64,000 nt of DNA from Flectonema sp. DT1601 (GCA_964019425.1 OZ025801.1:806001-870000), one strand, 5' to 3'. Numbered from the stretch's first letter, positions 9,944 to 23,793 are shown. The notes: generated by a model not told the origin, from the sequence alone. Made by a program: numbers and translations.

Positions 9944-10711
9944 TTTCTCAAGCTTCCAAATTAACCAAAGTAGCACCTACACCATGGGGATGGTCTGATT
10001 GTTGATTGACTGATGGGCCGATATAGATTGGACACAGATCGAGAGTTTTTGAGAGATCTTAGATGAAAGTCCGCACCTTTCAGGCCATCCCCAAAAAGCA
10101 CATAGCAGCTACAGCTATGTCAATTCAAATTGCGACGAGCTGCAACTTCGACATGAAGTTTTTCGTTATTGTTCTTACCTTCTCCACATATTTACATATG
10201 TGATAAGTATAAGTCATATCTTACGATTGACAATTCCTCCCCATAAATAAATTTCTTTTTATTATTTTATTTTACACCTGCCTTACTAACTTGGGGAGAA
10301 AGAAAGGATGAACAATGGGCCTCTTATGAGGTGGGCAATTGCCCTGGACCCACATTAAATGTACGCGTGTTTTGCGTCAGCCCGTTGCTGTAGAAAAAGA
10401 AGAGACAGTTTCAGGTAGTAATGAAAAAAAAAAAAAAAAAAAAAAATAAAACCGGGTTTTTCTTAATTTCTCCTTTGTTTCCTTTCCTTGGAAAAATACA
10501 AAAAAAACTCTAATCAAGACATTTTCCCTTTTTTTCCTGTTAGTCTCCTTCCGGACTTGGCTTGCCCTCCTGAAGTCCGTAGTTATGAACATGAGTTCAT
10601 GTTTCTTTATAGCACCTCGCAAATTATATTCGTCCTTTCTACATATCAGCTTCGCGTGTATTTTGTGTTTCTCATATTGCTTTTCCATCTTGCAGGCTGG
10701 GAGGCCAAACT

Positions 10712-13700
10712 ATGAAATTCCCATTCCTGTTCACATTCATTTTCTTGGCTGTGAATGGGAATGTGGTTATACCAAAGCAATCTGGTTGGTATCGAGGCAG
10801 GGCATGCACATTTTATGAGTTTGAAGATGTGGAGTTGAATCCCACTGCTGAACCACCTGTAATGTATTCAATAGTAAGAGAGGATGAATGGGGTGATAAA
10901 GTTCGTATATTAGGGCAGGATGACATTATTGATAGAGGGAACACTACTAATTACACTGGTGTGTGGAAACACATGTATGTAATCACAGAAATACCACCCA
11001 CGACTATGTATTCCAGCAGTTCGGTGTTGTTGGCAGCCGCGCAACAAGAGGGTTGGAGTGTTGTGGCATCAGGGAGCTTCTTGTACTGTCCATTAGTCGC
11101 AGCTGATGTCTCGGTGGAGGACGGGGCCCTTCAAAAAAAGAGGATCTTACTCGAAGGAAACACTGTGTACTGTATCAACGCTGGAACACTGTTACAATAC
11201 CCGTCAACTAACTCGATAACATGGCAGCTGCGTAAGCTGCCGACAAGTACCGAGGTCGTAGGAAACGCGTTGTTTGATATCCGCCCTAGCGAATCCGGTT
11301 TTACGCCTTTGTTTATAAGAAATATAGCTCACGTCCCCCCCACATATCAAGATCAAAGTGTGAAATCATTCAATCAGCTGAGTACTATATCGTATCAAGA
11401 ATCAAGTTCTAATATTATTAAATCTATTTATTTACAAGTATCTGACCCTTGGTGGCAACAGCGCTCTCAATGGGCTCATCAACTGACACTTAATTCAGAA
11501 CAAGGAATTGATTTATACTACAGCGTGTTACCGACATTAGATTTTATTCGGGTACGTATTGAAACTCGTTTTGGGTCAGGATACATTGCAATCGGTTTTG
11601 GAGGAAGTGACACTACTAGTGATGATGGTGAATTTGTAGTTGCTTACCTTACGCGTCAGAGAGTTGTGTGTGTTACTTATTTATATCGTAGGAATAATGT
11701 CTTTATCGCATCTCCTGATAATGACAACCTACTCGGAGTTACAGACCTCACGGTTGAGACTACTGCTGCTGGTAGGATTGTTGTTGTTTTTACGAGAAAA
11801 GTTACAGGAGTGACAATCGATTCACAAGGGACATCACGACCACAAACAAGTATTATTCTAAATAGGTTTAATAAAGTATTTTGGGGAGTACGTTCTGGTA
11901 GTCCTCTTTCCCAATGTACAACATCTGTTACTGACTTAATAGAGCACGTGTCTGCGCCTAGGGTTTGGGGTGTTGGTCAAGTCTGGTGGACGTCTTCGTC
12001 AGTCATTCCTGCAGTAACAAATCAACCTATCACTGCACCACCACCAGGATTGATTACACCTTCTCCATTACTTTCTCGTGCAACAAATTCACCACCGTCA
12101 GTTCCTTCTGATAGAATAGCAGGGTCTGTTGACTTCGATTCAAAACTATCTTTATCATGGCGAGCTCTGGAATCATCCGTTGAGTTTACATTAAAATATA
12201 AAGGAAATCTTCGAAATGAGAATAAATGGGTGGGTATTGGATTTGGAGGTCAATTCACAGTAGCTGACATAATAACTACCTGGGTTACGGAAAATGGTGA
12301 GGTCGTTGTTGAAGATAGAAAAGGTCTACCTCAGTACCTACCTCCACCACTTGATCCCCAGCAGGATGTAACACTTATTGCTCAAGATAGTTCAATAAAT
12401 AATGATTTGTCGACGATTGTATTCGTTCGACAGTTAGATACTGGTGATGATAGAGTTACATTTCAAAGTCCTAATAGAACGGAATTAGTTGGAGTAATTC
12501 TTCAAAAACAATCAGGTTGGTTTCAAGGTCAACGTGTTGATTATTATGACTTACCGACGTCAACATCTGATTCAGTGTTAGGAGTGATTTATTTATTTCT
12601 AAGAGCAAACGGAAGTTCAATTCCGGGTCAGCTACCTCTAGTGGATAGCGTTCCTGGGCAGTCATCTTATTCATCAGTGAGATCAGTCACTCAGGTTACT
12701 GTACCAACATCGTATGTTGGACCAACTTTTACTTGGATTCACACAATACCTGAAGATTGGCTTTCTACAACTACTACCATAATAAACTGTCCTGTTGTGC
12801 ATGCGAATACCCGTTTGCAGACTACAGCTGATTCGATGAGATTTATCTTAACTGAGCTTCTTTATAGAGGTGAGAGTGAATATTGTATAAACTTTACACA
12901 AACAGAACTAGCAGTGGGAACAACCCTATCAACTCTTAGCTATCCGAGAGTGTTTAATACCATTACGAGTCCAGTTGAGGGTACCATTTGGTCAACAGAC
13001 AATACGACGAGCTCAACTGCTGTTGATATTGGAATGTACAGACAAGTGTTATGGAATGAGTCTCAGTACACAAACATTGTTGTATCATCTGTAACTAGGT
13101 ATGATCAATTACCAGAAGCTGTAAGAGGAATCACTTCAGTTGATGGTGTTCAACCAATTGTCAATAGGTTTATAACTAATGTACATCCTCCAGCAGCACT
13201 TCCTGATACTCCTGTTCCAACTGAGGTCAGTACACATAACAATCAAATGATTCTAAATAACGCAACTGGTCAGATTGTTGTACTCAGATGGACTATTGAT
13301 GACTCTGCTGGTGTTATTCACATAGAAGTTGAATCTGATGTAGTCAGAACTGATCAACATTTTGGATATGTTTCAATTGGTATGTATTTATGTGTTGATC
13401 CTGTCAGTCATGAAGATTCTGAAGTTTTTCAACAAGTTCTTCGTCAAGTTAATCAAGTACAGTGAGTCAGTCGCTCAGTATTGGTGTTGGCAAACCTTAC
13501 AACTTTGGGGCTTCTCCTCCAATATGGAAATATCTTATAAAAAAAAAAAAAAACAGGATTCAGTGGTGTCGAGTACACGATGATGTCCCACACAGATATA
13601 GTTGTTGGGTATCTCGATAATGGAGTCTCATGTGTTCAGGTACTTCGATCAGATAGTACTCAAGGAGCTCCGTCAGGAACTCCAACACTAACAGTGAGTA

Positions 13701-16700
13701 ACACAAGAGTTGAATTTGTGAATAATAGATTAAAAATGTCATTCACAAGAGGTCTTCAAAGTAATGCCAGCATCGAAGGCCACATCCCAGTAGACACACT
13801 AAAAGCATCGCGAATATTATACGCTACTAGTAATAATAAAGTACCTGATGGAATATGTGGGACACCAACACTAAGTCAGTCAGTTGATCATCACAGTAAT
13901 CCTCATGGGGATAGAGTTATTTATTGGAGATTGTTAGACGGGTCGTCGGTTCGTGTCGGAGTTCCCTCGACGGTTCCTTCATCAGGATTACCATTTCGAC
14001 TTGATGTACCCATTACGTACTCTCTTCAAACTGGTTACTTTACTGGAAGTGAAGTTGAATACTATATTATTGATAATAACCTTCAAGGAACTGATACATC
14101 TGTTCAGTATCAATATGTTTATGATATTTGGTGGCCAGAAAATAGATTCGCAATAGTAGATGTAGTCCCAGGACTTCCGGGTTACAGTGATTTGATGAAA
14201 GTTAAAAGGGTGAGAGTTGATAACTTCCCGGGTAATATAACATCTCTTCAACAACTTAATAGTATAGCTACTGTTTTTATGGAGGACACAGATGAGTATT
14301 GGAATTGTCCAGTTGTTTCAAGTGAAGCGACATTCGAAACCTCGACCACGACACCGACTCAACCAACGCTTAGAGATCTGTGGTATAAAGATCAATTACT
14401 GAAATGTGCATATTTCGGAAAAAGTTCAGGAGTAGGTGTGAACTCAATTTATGAAGTTTGGAGGAGAAGTAGTGTCAGTGGTTCTCTCAACACCGTTAGA
14501 GATTCACAGAATATTTCGGTCTTAACAACAGTTCCGACTTCACTCAGTTACAGTAGTTTTAATTGGCTTCAGATTACTGTTGTTGCGGAATCAGCAACAA
14601 CCGTGTTTTCACACCCTGATTTGATATCCGTCAGCATTGCAACATACACACCGTCTCCACCTAAGATCATAAACACGCCAATAACGTATGTTGATGCTGG
14701 TTCTCCTACTACTCTAACGCCTCAAGTAATTCCAATAAATCAAGGGTATCTAGCTAATCGTATTGTGTACTATGCAGATTTCGGAAGATCTCCAACAGTT
14801 TTGGGTTCGCTGTTAACTTCAGAGATGCTTGTTTTTCGTAGGCAAAGCGACGCATCGTATTGGTCAACAGAACTTCAAAATAACATCGTTTCACATGTTC
14901 CAGGTATGACAGAGTATTCAGGATTGTGGGAGATTATTATAATAAATGTTCCAGACGATCAGACGACAGCAGGAAAGATGATAACCAACATTACAAGTGC
15001 TGGCTTGATACCATCAGAATGGACAAGAACAACTACTAACATACTAATTGACTGTCCTATTACACATAAAGACACTATACTCGGTGATTATCCAGATTCT
15101 GGTGCAGCAGCAGGTTTTCAACAGTTAGAATTATACTATGAGAGTGGTACCTCTTATTGTATGTTTGTGAATCAGAATTTGAGATCAGCTGCTGACGAAC
15201 CTGTCGTCGAACAGGTTTACGTGTCCAGTACCAACTCTAATCCAGTTTTTACAAGTTGGCCTGGAAATTCACCATCACATGTTGTCCCTCAGAACTACCT
15301 CGGTGTTGCTGGAGTCACGCATACGTCAGCTGCAGCTGTAACCGAGTTTACTACAACTTTTACCGTGTCGTTGTTTGCTTATAATTGGCCAATTGTTGCT
15401 GTTAAAGAAAACACCGTCGCTAGTGAAAATCGTGTTCACATGACTGCAGTTGAGCAGCAAGGATTTTATAAGGGAAAATCAGTTGGCTATTGGCCGATAA
15501 CAAACTCTACTTCAAAACTTGTACCGAAGACACTTCAGAATATACGAATTGTGAGAAGTGATGAGACTACGAGAGTTGAGTCAGAAGCTGTGGCAACATC
15601 TGGTGTTTACATATTCCGATATGGAGGTGTGTTGTTAGGTCAGATTGACCCTGTTTTTGAAAGTGTTCCATCCTCTCTCCGAATAAGAAACAGTGACTGG
15701 ACTGGATACAGTGACTTGAAACACGTTAATGTTGTCGACATTCCTGTGACTGACACTATTTCACAAACTACTTCTGTTTCTGAAATATTCGCAAAAGTCG
15801 TATCAAGCGGATGGAGAATCACAACACTAAATAACATTTATTACAACTACCCAATCTGTACCAGAGATTCTGTCCCACCTCCTGGAGGGAGTGGTTCATC
15901 ATCTGGTGTTGTAAGTCAGGGTTGGTATGATAGCAATCCAATCCATTTTATGAATATAAATGAACAAGGAAATAATATCATAGCAAAGGCTTACCTTGTT
16001 GACTCTGGTAAGATAGTATTTCCTAAACTACCTGAAGATCCAGCTTACACAGCATTTCATACTGTTTGGAGAGTGCCTGGTGCTTCTGATACCTTTGATC
16101 CTGATAGAGATTTAGGTGGAGCTTTAGATGCGTATCCAGTTTCTGGTGATGTTCATAATTTTCCAATATTATTAGCACCGTCTGCGTCAAGACAAGAAAA
16201 TGAAGTTGATTTACAAAAAGTTTATGAACCACAAACTGGATGGTCTAACGGCAATAGAGTAACTTACTACAAGTTCTACAACACCCCATCTGCTATACCT
16301 ACTGGTGAAGTGAATGTTAGATCCATGAAGAGATATGTTCTTAGATACGGTTCTTCATACACATCTGAAGAAGCTCAGTCTAGTAGTATCATGGCGAGGA
16401 ATCCAGGTCAAGATGGATATTCTGACTTGAGTGAAATTATAGTAGTAAATGTAGACACTGGTGAGAATGTTACATTCCCAATTCAGTCTGTTACAAATTT
16501 ATTATTAGCAATGGAGCAGCACTCATGGAGTGTGGTCTCTTCAGGTATTGATATGCTCATACCAGCAGTTCATATAAATTCACTTTTATCAGAAGAAAGT
16601 GATCGAATTTTATATCCAAAAGCTGTATCTTATAAAGATGGTAGAACCGTATCAGTTCTTGACTTCAGCAGGCTGTGGCAAGATAGGTCTGCAACTCTCC

Positions 16701-19700
16701 GCACTCCTCTCTCTGTTGCGAGAGTTATTAATTTAAGTTCGAAGGAATCTTTGATATTTAATACGGTAGACAGTTTTCCTGCTGCAAGGACATGTCAAGA
16801 AAAGATTTATATTGCGCAGACAACTGATCATCCAATAAAGGTTGTTAATCAATCATGGGAGAGTTGCACATCATTCACAACAGAAGCGACATGTCCAACT
16901 CAGTATGGATGTGTTTGGAGTACTTCGTGTGATGATCCTAATGTTGTGTATGGTTGTCCTATTTTATCTGTTAAAAGTAATTCAATAGAGAGTTTACCAT
17001 TGCTACAGTTAACGCGTTCATCAGGATGGTTTGATGGACGTCTTCTAATGTATTATGTAAGTCCTAATGCAGTGTCTGGAAACATAACAACTGCTATTAC
17101 AAACATTGTATACATCTTTGTGAGGTCTGATGGGTCGACTATTACTTCTATGCCTCCAGTGTTTGAACTGATGCCAACTTCAATGATGTATAGTGACATT
17201 CACGTTGAACATTTTATTACGATTCCAGACGGTTATACTTCTGGTGCTATTCGAAGTTCTGCTGATGCTGAGTTCGTAGTAACGTCAAAGAGTTGGAACA
17301 GAACGATAGGAACAGTCAACAGAAATTGGTGGCTAATCCATCCTGACACTAAAGTTGAAGATCGAGATTCAGGAGTTATCGGAAAGCACACCGCATACAG
17401 TGAAGGTTTACTGCTAAGGTATCTTGATTTTGGTGTCATCGGAACACTTGACCACACAGAGAAGTTTATGTTATTTGAAAACGGAAACTACATAACCAAC
17501 AATGACATATTTACAACAGCAGCTCTCTTCACAGCACCATCATCACCAGTCTATACAAGTTTAGTATGGGAAGTTTCAGTACTTGTTGAAGCAGGTTATA
17601 AAGCCAACACATACACATCAGTTAGACAATTAAGTGGAACAGCTGATTATGGAAGTAGGTCGCGTATTAGTAACAATCCAGTTATATCAATTAACGCTCC
17701 TATTAGTATGGATGCTGCTGATGATCTTCCCTTGTCTCTTGATGGTAGTGAGTCATTCTTATGGGCATATGGAGATATTAACACAGTCACAAAACAACTT
17801 GATAGATGTGTTGATCGACAGAGAGGTGCTGTTGCGCTTCAGTTGGTTCAGACAGGTGTGACTTTAGCGCCGATGAATGCGACAACAATGTCGAATGTGT
17901 GTACTGTGTTTAATGCTGACTTTGAGATGTGTTGGGAAATTAATATCCGACCTGGTACAACACCAGTCCTTGAGATGACTGCGAGTTTTATTATGAAAGT
18001 TTCAAAGTGGGTTTCTGTTGCAATCTCTAACTCACCTTCAATGGAGTATTCTGACGTGTGGTTGGGATACGCTGATTCCAGAACATCACAGATTCAAGAC
18101 AGATATAACGCTGCTGGGCACTCAGCTAACCCACCGTTTGACTTGTCATTTGGAGGTAGATCTAACTTAGAGTTAGTGGGAGCATTACCGAATACCTTTC
18201 ATGATAGATTTAATATAACCTTCAAGAGACTATTGGACACTTCAGATACTGTTTCAGACATTACTATTACTGATCGTGAGTTTTGGATATCTTGGGCTGT
18301 TGGACCTTGGAATGATGGCCCATTCGTCCACACTGACACCGGCATGTCAAAAATCAACTTCATAACAGGAACTGTCAACCATTCAGCTTCCAGTGATACC
18401 CTTGACACTTGGTGGGTTACTTTTACTATTCTGACTTTTATCTTAACAATCTTCTCTGCTCTCTATCTTACTCGCTGTTCTTCAAAGAATCATATTTTAC
18501 ACGTTTCAGCTGCTTGTTGGGTATGTAAATCATTTTATTATTCGTTGAGAGTAGGTGGGTAATCCCAACACGTGTCGAATAAAAAATAAATAAACGGACA
18601 AAAACAGGGTTCTCCATGCTGCTACTTAACTCTAGCACAGGTTGCAATTATAGTAATTTATGTTTCTCTGCTTTCTGTTTGGATTATTATGTACGCAGAG
18701 CAGTACAGGAGGGTATGTGTTTATTTTATATAATTGGAATTACATTATCACTGTCACGACTATGACAAGAACCCAAACACAACCAACAGGCTAATTTAAA
18801 AGCACCAATTGTACGAGGTCTTGGAGCAGGTGCTCTACTGTGCTTCTCATTAGTTTTAATACCAGTTACGAGATCGAGCATAATACTTCGTTTCTTTGGG
18901 ATGACAAAAGAAAGAGCTTTGAAATGGCACAGATGGAATTCAACAGTTTTACTACTGTTGGTATTCAGTCACGGTTTTGGAATGGTAGTAACATATTCTA
19001 ACAAGGCAATCGGTTGGGAAAGTGGTGATGCGAATCGCCAACCTGGACTAGCTGGATTCATCTCCTTCATAGGACTCGTTCTACAAGCCATGCTCGTCAC
19101 TCGTTCTTGTTTTGGTAACGGACTCAAACGTCGTTATAATTGGAAAAAACTACACGCTGCGGTTGGTATTTGGACATTAGCTTGGGCAGTTATTCATCAC
19201 CCTCCACTAATCTGGGGTTTGTTATTTTCATTAATTGATGCGGCCACTGATGTAATGTACCAACTCTACGCCAACTATAAAGCAACTCGTAGAAGTGCTA
19301 TTTATTCTGCTCAAGAAGAGTCTTTTCTCAATGGTGACAAAGTTACGAGTGTTGAGGTTAAGGTTTTATCATCTGACCATGCATTTTGCTATGACAGTTT
19401 TTCATTATCTCGTTTATCACCATTGCAGTATGTTCAAGTTCGATTCCCTGCTGTGTCTGGAGCTTGGAAATCAATCTCGCTTAGCTCACGTCCTATTCAT
19501 ATTGAAGATGATCAATCTGGTCCTTTTAAAGGACTTCCAACAACAACATTCACAATTCATATTCATTCTCATGAGGCGGTGACACAGTCTTGGGCTTATG
19601 CTGCTCATCAATTGGTTGAAGCAAGAAAGTTGACGTCTATTCAGGTATTGGGACCTCATGGAAAACCATCTTTAGAGCTTCGTAATTACGAGCACGTCAT

Positions 19701-20373
19701 TCTTATTGGGGGTGGTCTGGGAGCAGCAAGTTTAGTTTCTGTTATTGAATACTATTTAGATGCGAAGTGGGGAAGACAACAACCAACAGGTCCAAGTAGA
19801 ACAAAACTAATAACTCTGATCTGGTCAGCAAAAGACAGAAGAATGTTTAATTTATTCTGCGGAGAAGATCGAGGAGCCATTAGAATGGCTCTTGATGTTG
19901 ACCACGACGGTCCGACAATGAATTTAAATTTTGTGTTTAGATTGTTTTTGCATGAGACTCATGGTAATGCGAACCCTCTCAGATCAACTGATAAACGCAA
20001 CGACATCTCAGATTTAAATGCACCGTCTACTTCAATGCCTGTAGACCAACTACAAGAACGAGTGGATGGTAAAGCTCAAGCTCTTGGTCTTGGTAGAATC
20101 CCACTAATCCATTCTGGACGACCTAATCTTTTTCAAGGTCGAAACGTATCAGATCACGTAAACGTTTTTGACGATTTAGCTGCTGAAAATGAAATGGGAA
20201 ATCGAGGACTTCGTGGGCTCAGTGGCAGAATCTCAAACGCTGCGGTAGTAGTATGCGGTCCAGAATCTATGAGGACAGACGTCCAGAGATCTATTCACAA
20301 TCATAATATTGTGTCAGGTGGTGGTTTAACCTTTCACCTACACACTGAAGATTGGAAAACAAACGCTCTGTAA
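10712..20373 (+). CDS. ~3,106-aa membrane protein: signal peptide, 7 extracellular repeat domains, 4 DOMON domains, ferric-reductase-like TM domain, FAD- and NAD(P)H-binding domains. Exons 10712-13379, 13557-18520, 18608-18712, 18790-20373
   Basis: Three GTATGT...ACAG introns join the track ORFs in frame; splicing restores the DOMON motif GYVSIGFSGVEYTMMSHTDIVVGY. FRD motifs PVTRSS..GMTKERALKWHRW, two His pairs, GPHG, LIGGGLG, VVCGPESM, LHTEDW. Confidence 0.85.
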
Positions 20374-20852
20374 TTACCATCCTTATTTGTTATGTTATAA
20401 GTTTAGTCACTGACCTACTTACTTACTTTCATTAGAAAAAAAAAAAAAAAAAAAAAAAAAGTAGAAATTTTTTTTTTTAAAAAAAAATAATAGATTTAAC
20501 TGACCCCTCTTTTTTGCGGTTTTTTATTTTTTGTTTTCTTTGCTTACTGTTTGAAAAACACTTGGTATTTTAGATTTAAAAAAAAAAAAAAAAACTCACA
20601 CATAAACTTTTTATGACGTAACTTCAATTTGATGTGTTTTACTGATTCTTAGATTCTAAACGACCTCTCTTTTGTTAGAGAAACAGCAATCTAACCATCT
20701 TTTATAGACTTTAAAAAAAAAAAAAAAAAAAAAGATAGGAAAAAATTGCAAAACACCTTTTTTTTTAAAAAAAAAATTAAAAAAAAATCGTTAATTATCT
20801 CTTCTCTAGGTGACAAATAGTACAAAAAAAAAAAAAAAAAAGGAAAAGGAAA

Positions 20853-21383
20853 ATGCCGAAAGCAGCTGACTTCCCTGACGTGGATAAGAACCAATACCAA
20901 TCGCTATACCCACAGTATATCGATGCTGCACTTACTGTAAGTGGTGGTAGACGAGTAGGTAAGGGGATCGCTTTAGAAAATCCAACATCACTAGAAATGT
21001 ATCAAGTAGCTGACAAGTTGGGTGTTCCAGTAGTTTTTGAACCAGCGAAGTGTTACGCAAGGCAATCAATTGCTAAGAGAGGAAGAGTAAAGTGTCTTAT
21101 AAAAACACCTGCTGACGCTCACCGAATTAAAAAGAGTGAGTTCGATACTGAAGACCGCACTCTAATTGTCCCTGGTATTACTAAGGTATTTCGTTGTGTG
21201 TTTTTTTGATGTGTTGTTTTGTTTCCGAGAAAAAAAAAAAAAAAAAAAAAAAAAAACAACCAGAAAATCCTCCTTCAAAAGATGTGTGAAATTATCCCGA
21301 CCCTCCCTAGCAGACAAAAGAAAGAGGAGTCGGCTTCAATTATAACTACGGGAGGAGACAAGAAAAAGAAGAAGAAGAAGTAG
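20853..21383 (+). CDS. SRP19: Signal recognition particle 19 kDa protein; exons 20853-21185, 21264-21383
   Basis: LYPQYID, GRRVGK, ENPT, KCYAR, RGRVK motifs. The spliced C-terminus is TKKILLQKMCEIIPTLPSR...KKKKKKK. Confidence 0.88.
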
Positions 21384-21783
21384 GTAGTTTTTACCATCAG
21401 TCTTGGTCCAACTACCTGCGCTATCGTAGACCGCAATCGGTTTTGTGTTTTGGTGTAGGGAGGTTGCCAAACACGTAAAAGGAAATCGTTTCCGCGACCC
21501 ATTCTCTGGCTCTAAAACAGACTCAACAACTACAACGATAACTGGGCATCACAGCATTCGCTCACATTGAAGAAACGAGTCTGCGCTTGAGAAGTAAAAT
21601 TATAATTCCAAACAATTTCAGAAGGAGAAATCTTTATTATCGTATTTAACAATTCTCCACAATTAGTGTTTTGGAATCTTTTGTTAGTGTTGTTGGAGAT
21701 GGTCTCTTCTAACGTTTTTATTTTTTTATTTTCCCCCAATTTAATTATTTTTATTTTCCCAACAAGTACAACACATCCAAACA

Positions 21784-23793
21784 ATGGACGCTGATCTACT
21801 TGGTGAAATGTTACAGGGTGATGATGACGATTTCGCAATTCACGACGATGACGAAGAACACTACGACGATGATGAACTTCCTGGATACGAACCCACCAGC
21901 AGACTGGATGCCGACTACGATGATGAAGACAACTACAATGAGTCTCTTACTCATGAACCTATGATGGATCCTTATGCCAGAGCCGCATACGATGCTGCAG
22001 CTGAGGTAAACAAATCTAAAGACGAGGAATATAGAAATGAAATAATGGATGAAATGAACCTCCTTGAACAGCATGTCGCCAGAACTGACAGAGAAGAAAC
22101 CATCGGTGATCGTCTCTATTTGAAGGGACAAGAAATTCTAAGACAACGAGAAGAAAAAGTATTGAAAGCCAGAAATGACAAACTTCATGAAGAGATGTTG
22201 AACGCTCCTGGAAAACCAAAAATATGTCCCAGCAGTGAACTACTTGTTAAGAGATCAAAAGGAGATCACGCAGCTTTTTATAAATCTCAAACTGATTGGT
22301 TAATGAAACGAAACCGACTACTAGACACAAAACGAGAACTAGAAGAGAATGAAATAGAAAATATTGATCGAGTTCAGAAAGCTTCTGCGAAATCAAACAG
22401 AATCCTCGCTGGGCGTCATAAAGGACCAGTTGAGGACTGGTCAGAAAGAGAAGCACACTTCAAGGCAGTTCATCACGATAATTCAACAGCTCAATCGACA
22501 TTCAGACCAACAATAAGCCCAGCAGCTCAACATCTTCACCGTAAAGGTCCTGTCAGTGAGAGATTATATGGCGTGGCTAAGACGAGGCAGTTAAAACAAA
22601 AGACACCACCTCCGAAAGCTAAGGAAAAGAAAATCACAACTGGGGAAATGAGCACACTACTAAATAAAATGCAGCTTCGAACTAACACAGCTCATATTGC
22701 TCTTCAAAGGAAACGTGCGGAGATTGAATCAGCTGAAGGAAGTTACCAACCAGAAGTTAATGAAAGAAGTCGAATGATATTAGCTCGTCAAGGTGGTCAT
22801 GTTCCTGTTCATTTACGATCATCAAACTCTGCTCAGGTGCAGTACCAGCGTAGTCAGACTCCTCCTCTCAAGAAAAAAACTACACCTGCGCCACTACAGT
22901 ATGTTCTTCCTCTATTTCTTTTGTTGATGCTGTGTCAGGATTTTATAAAAAAAAATGAGGAGATTAACAACTAAAAACCAAACAGGGAGTCGTTTTGGAA
23001 AAAGATTGAAGTCACCAGACAAAAACATGAAAATAGAATAAGTGCTTTAAAGAAAGAGAAAGAGCAGGATGAGACGAAGGAGTGCACGTTTATGCCGAAG
23101 ACGAATAGATTTTCTGGAGAACTTGCAAAGATAAAACAGTCTAATCAAGTTGATACGGAACTTAGTCCGCAAGAAGTTTCTCATTACACTGAGGCGGATA
23201 CTTTTTATGATGAAGAGACTGCAACTGGTGGACAGAGGAGTGTTTCAAGAACCTGTTCTGCCTCTCCGAAGGAGGTTCCGCCTGCCGTCAGTCTGGTCGA
23301 TCAAAACTTTTCGGATTGGGAACGAGAGTGGGAACAACAACAAAAGAATATTGAACATATCTTAAAACAATACACTGTTGATGCGAATAAAAGGAAATCT
23401 TTGGTTCCTCCACCAGAATTATCTCCTGCGACACCAGCAGTGACGACGCCAACTACTACCAGACGACCTGTGAAACAACAGCAACGACAGCAGCAACAAC
23501 AGCGTCACGTTGATCCAACTCCGGTTAGACGCTCTCTATCTCCAAAACGGCAACCAACTGCTACCGTACCTCCACTACAACAGCAACAGCAACAGCAACA
23601 ACAGCAACAGCAACAACAGCAACAACAACAACAACAACAACAACCACAACAACCACAACAACAGCATCAACCGCAATCAGAAGCCTCACCAACAAACGGT
23701 AACGATGTTTCAGAACTTCAGACCGTGTTGGATGGTTGGCGTCAGTTAGAGGATCAGTTTAGTTCTTCTTTCGAAAAATTCCGCCTTCGGTAA
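21784..23793 (+). CDS. Hypothetical coiled-coil protein with repeated (T/S)FxPxI-like motifs and a polyQ tract; exons 21784-22898, 22986-23793
   Basis: Intron 22899-22985 (GTATGT..AAACAG) joins the two ORFs in frame. Motifs STFRPTIS, SYQPEVN, CTFMPKTN, ERLY/DRLY. Confidence 0.75.
23578..23664 (+). repeat. CAA/CAG microsatellite encoding polyglutamine
   Basis: Run of CAG/CAA codons in frame within the CDS. Confidence 0.9.

Larger units (their letters stand above)
4501..10446 (+). mobile_element. Non-LTR retrotransposon (APE-RT-RNase H-zinc finger, I/Ingi-group-like), apparently full-length, with one nonsense codon; 3' end uncertain
   Basis: ORF1 plus ORF2 with APE, RT (QG, YADD), RNase H and C-terminal CxxC...H...C motifs. 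The 3' boundary lies somewhere between ~10260 and the A-run at 10423-10446. No target-site duplication found. Confidence 0.9.

Noticed and set aside
10008..10072. Hammerhead ribozyme (CTGATG...GAAA) in the LINE 3' UTR
   Set aside because: The core is CTGATGG rather than CTGANGA, and I could not build stems I-III with correct geometry.
10405..10422. GACAGTTTCAGGTAGTAATG as a decayed SL copy or target-site duplication at the element's 3' end
   Set aside because: Only 8 nt match (ACAGTTTC), and I found no duplication of the 4492-4500 flank.
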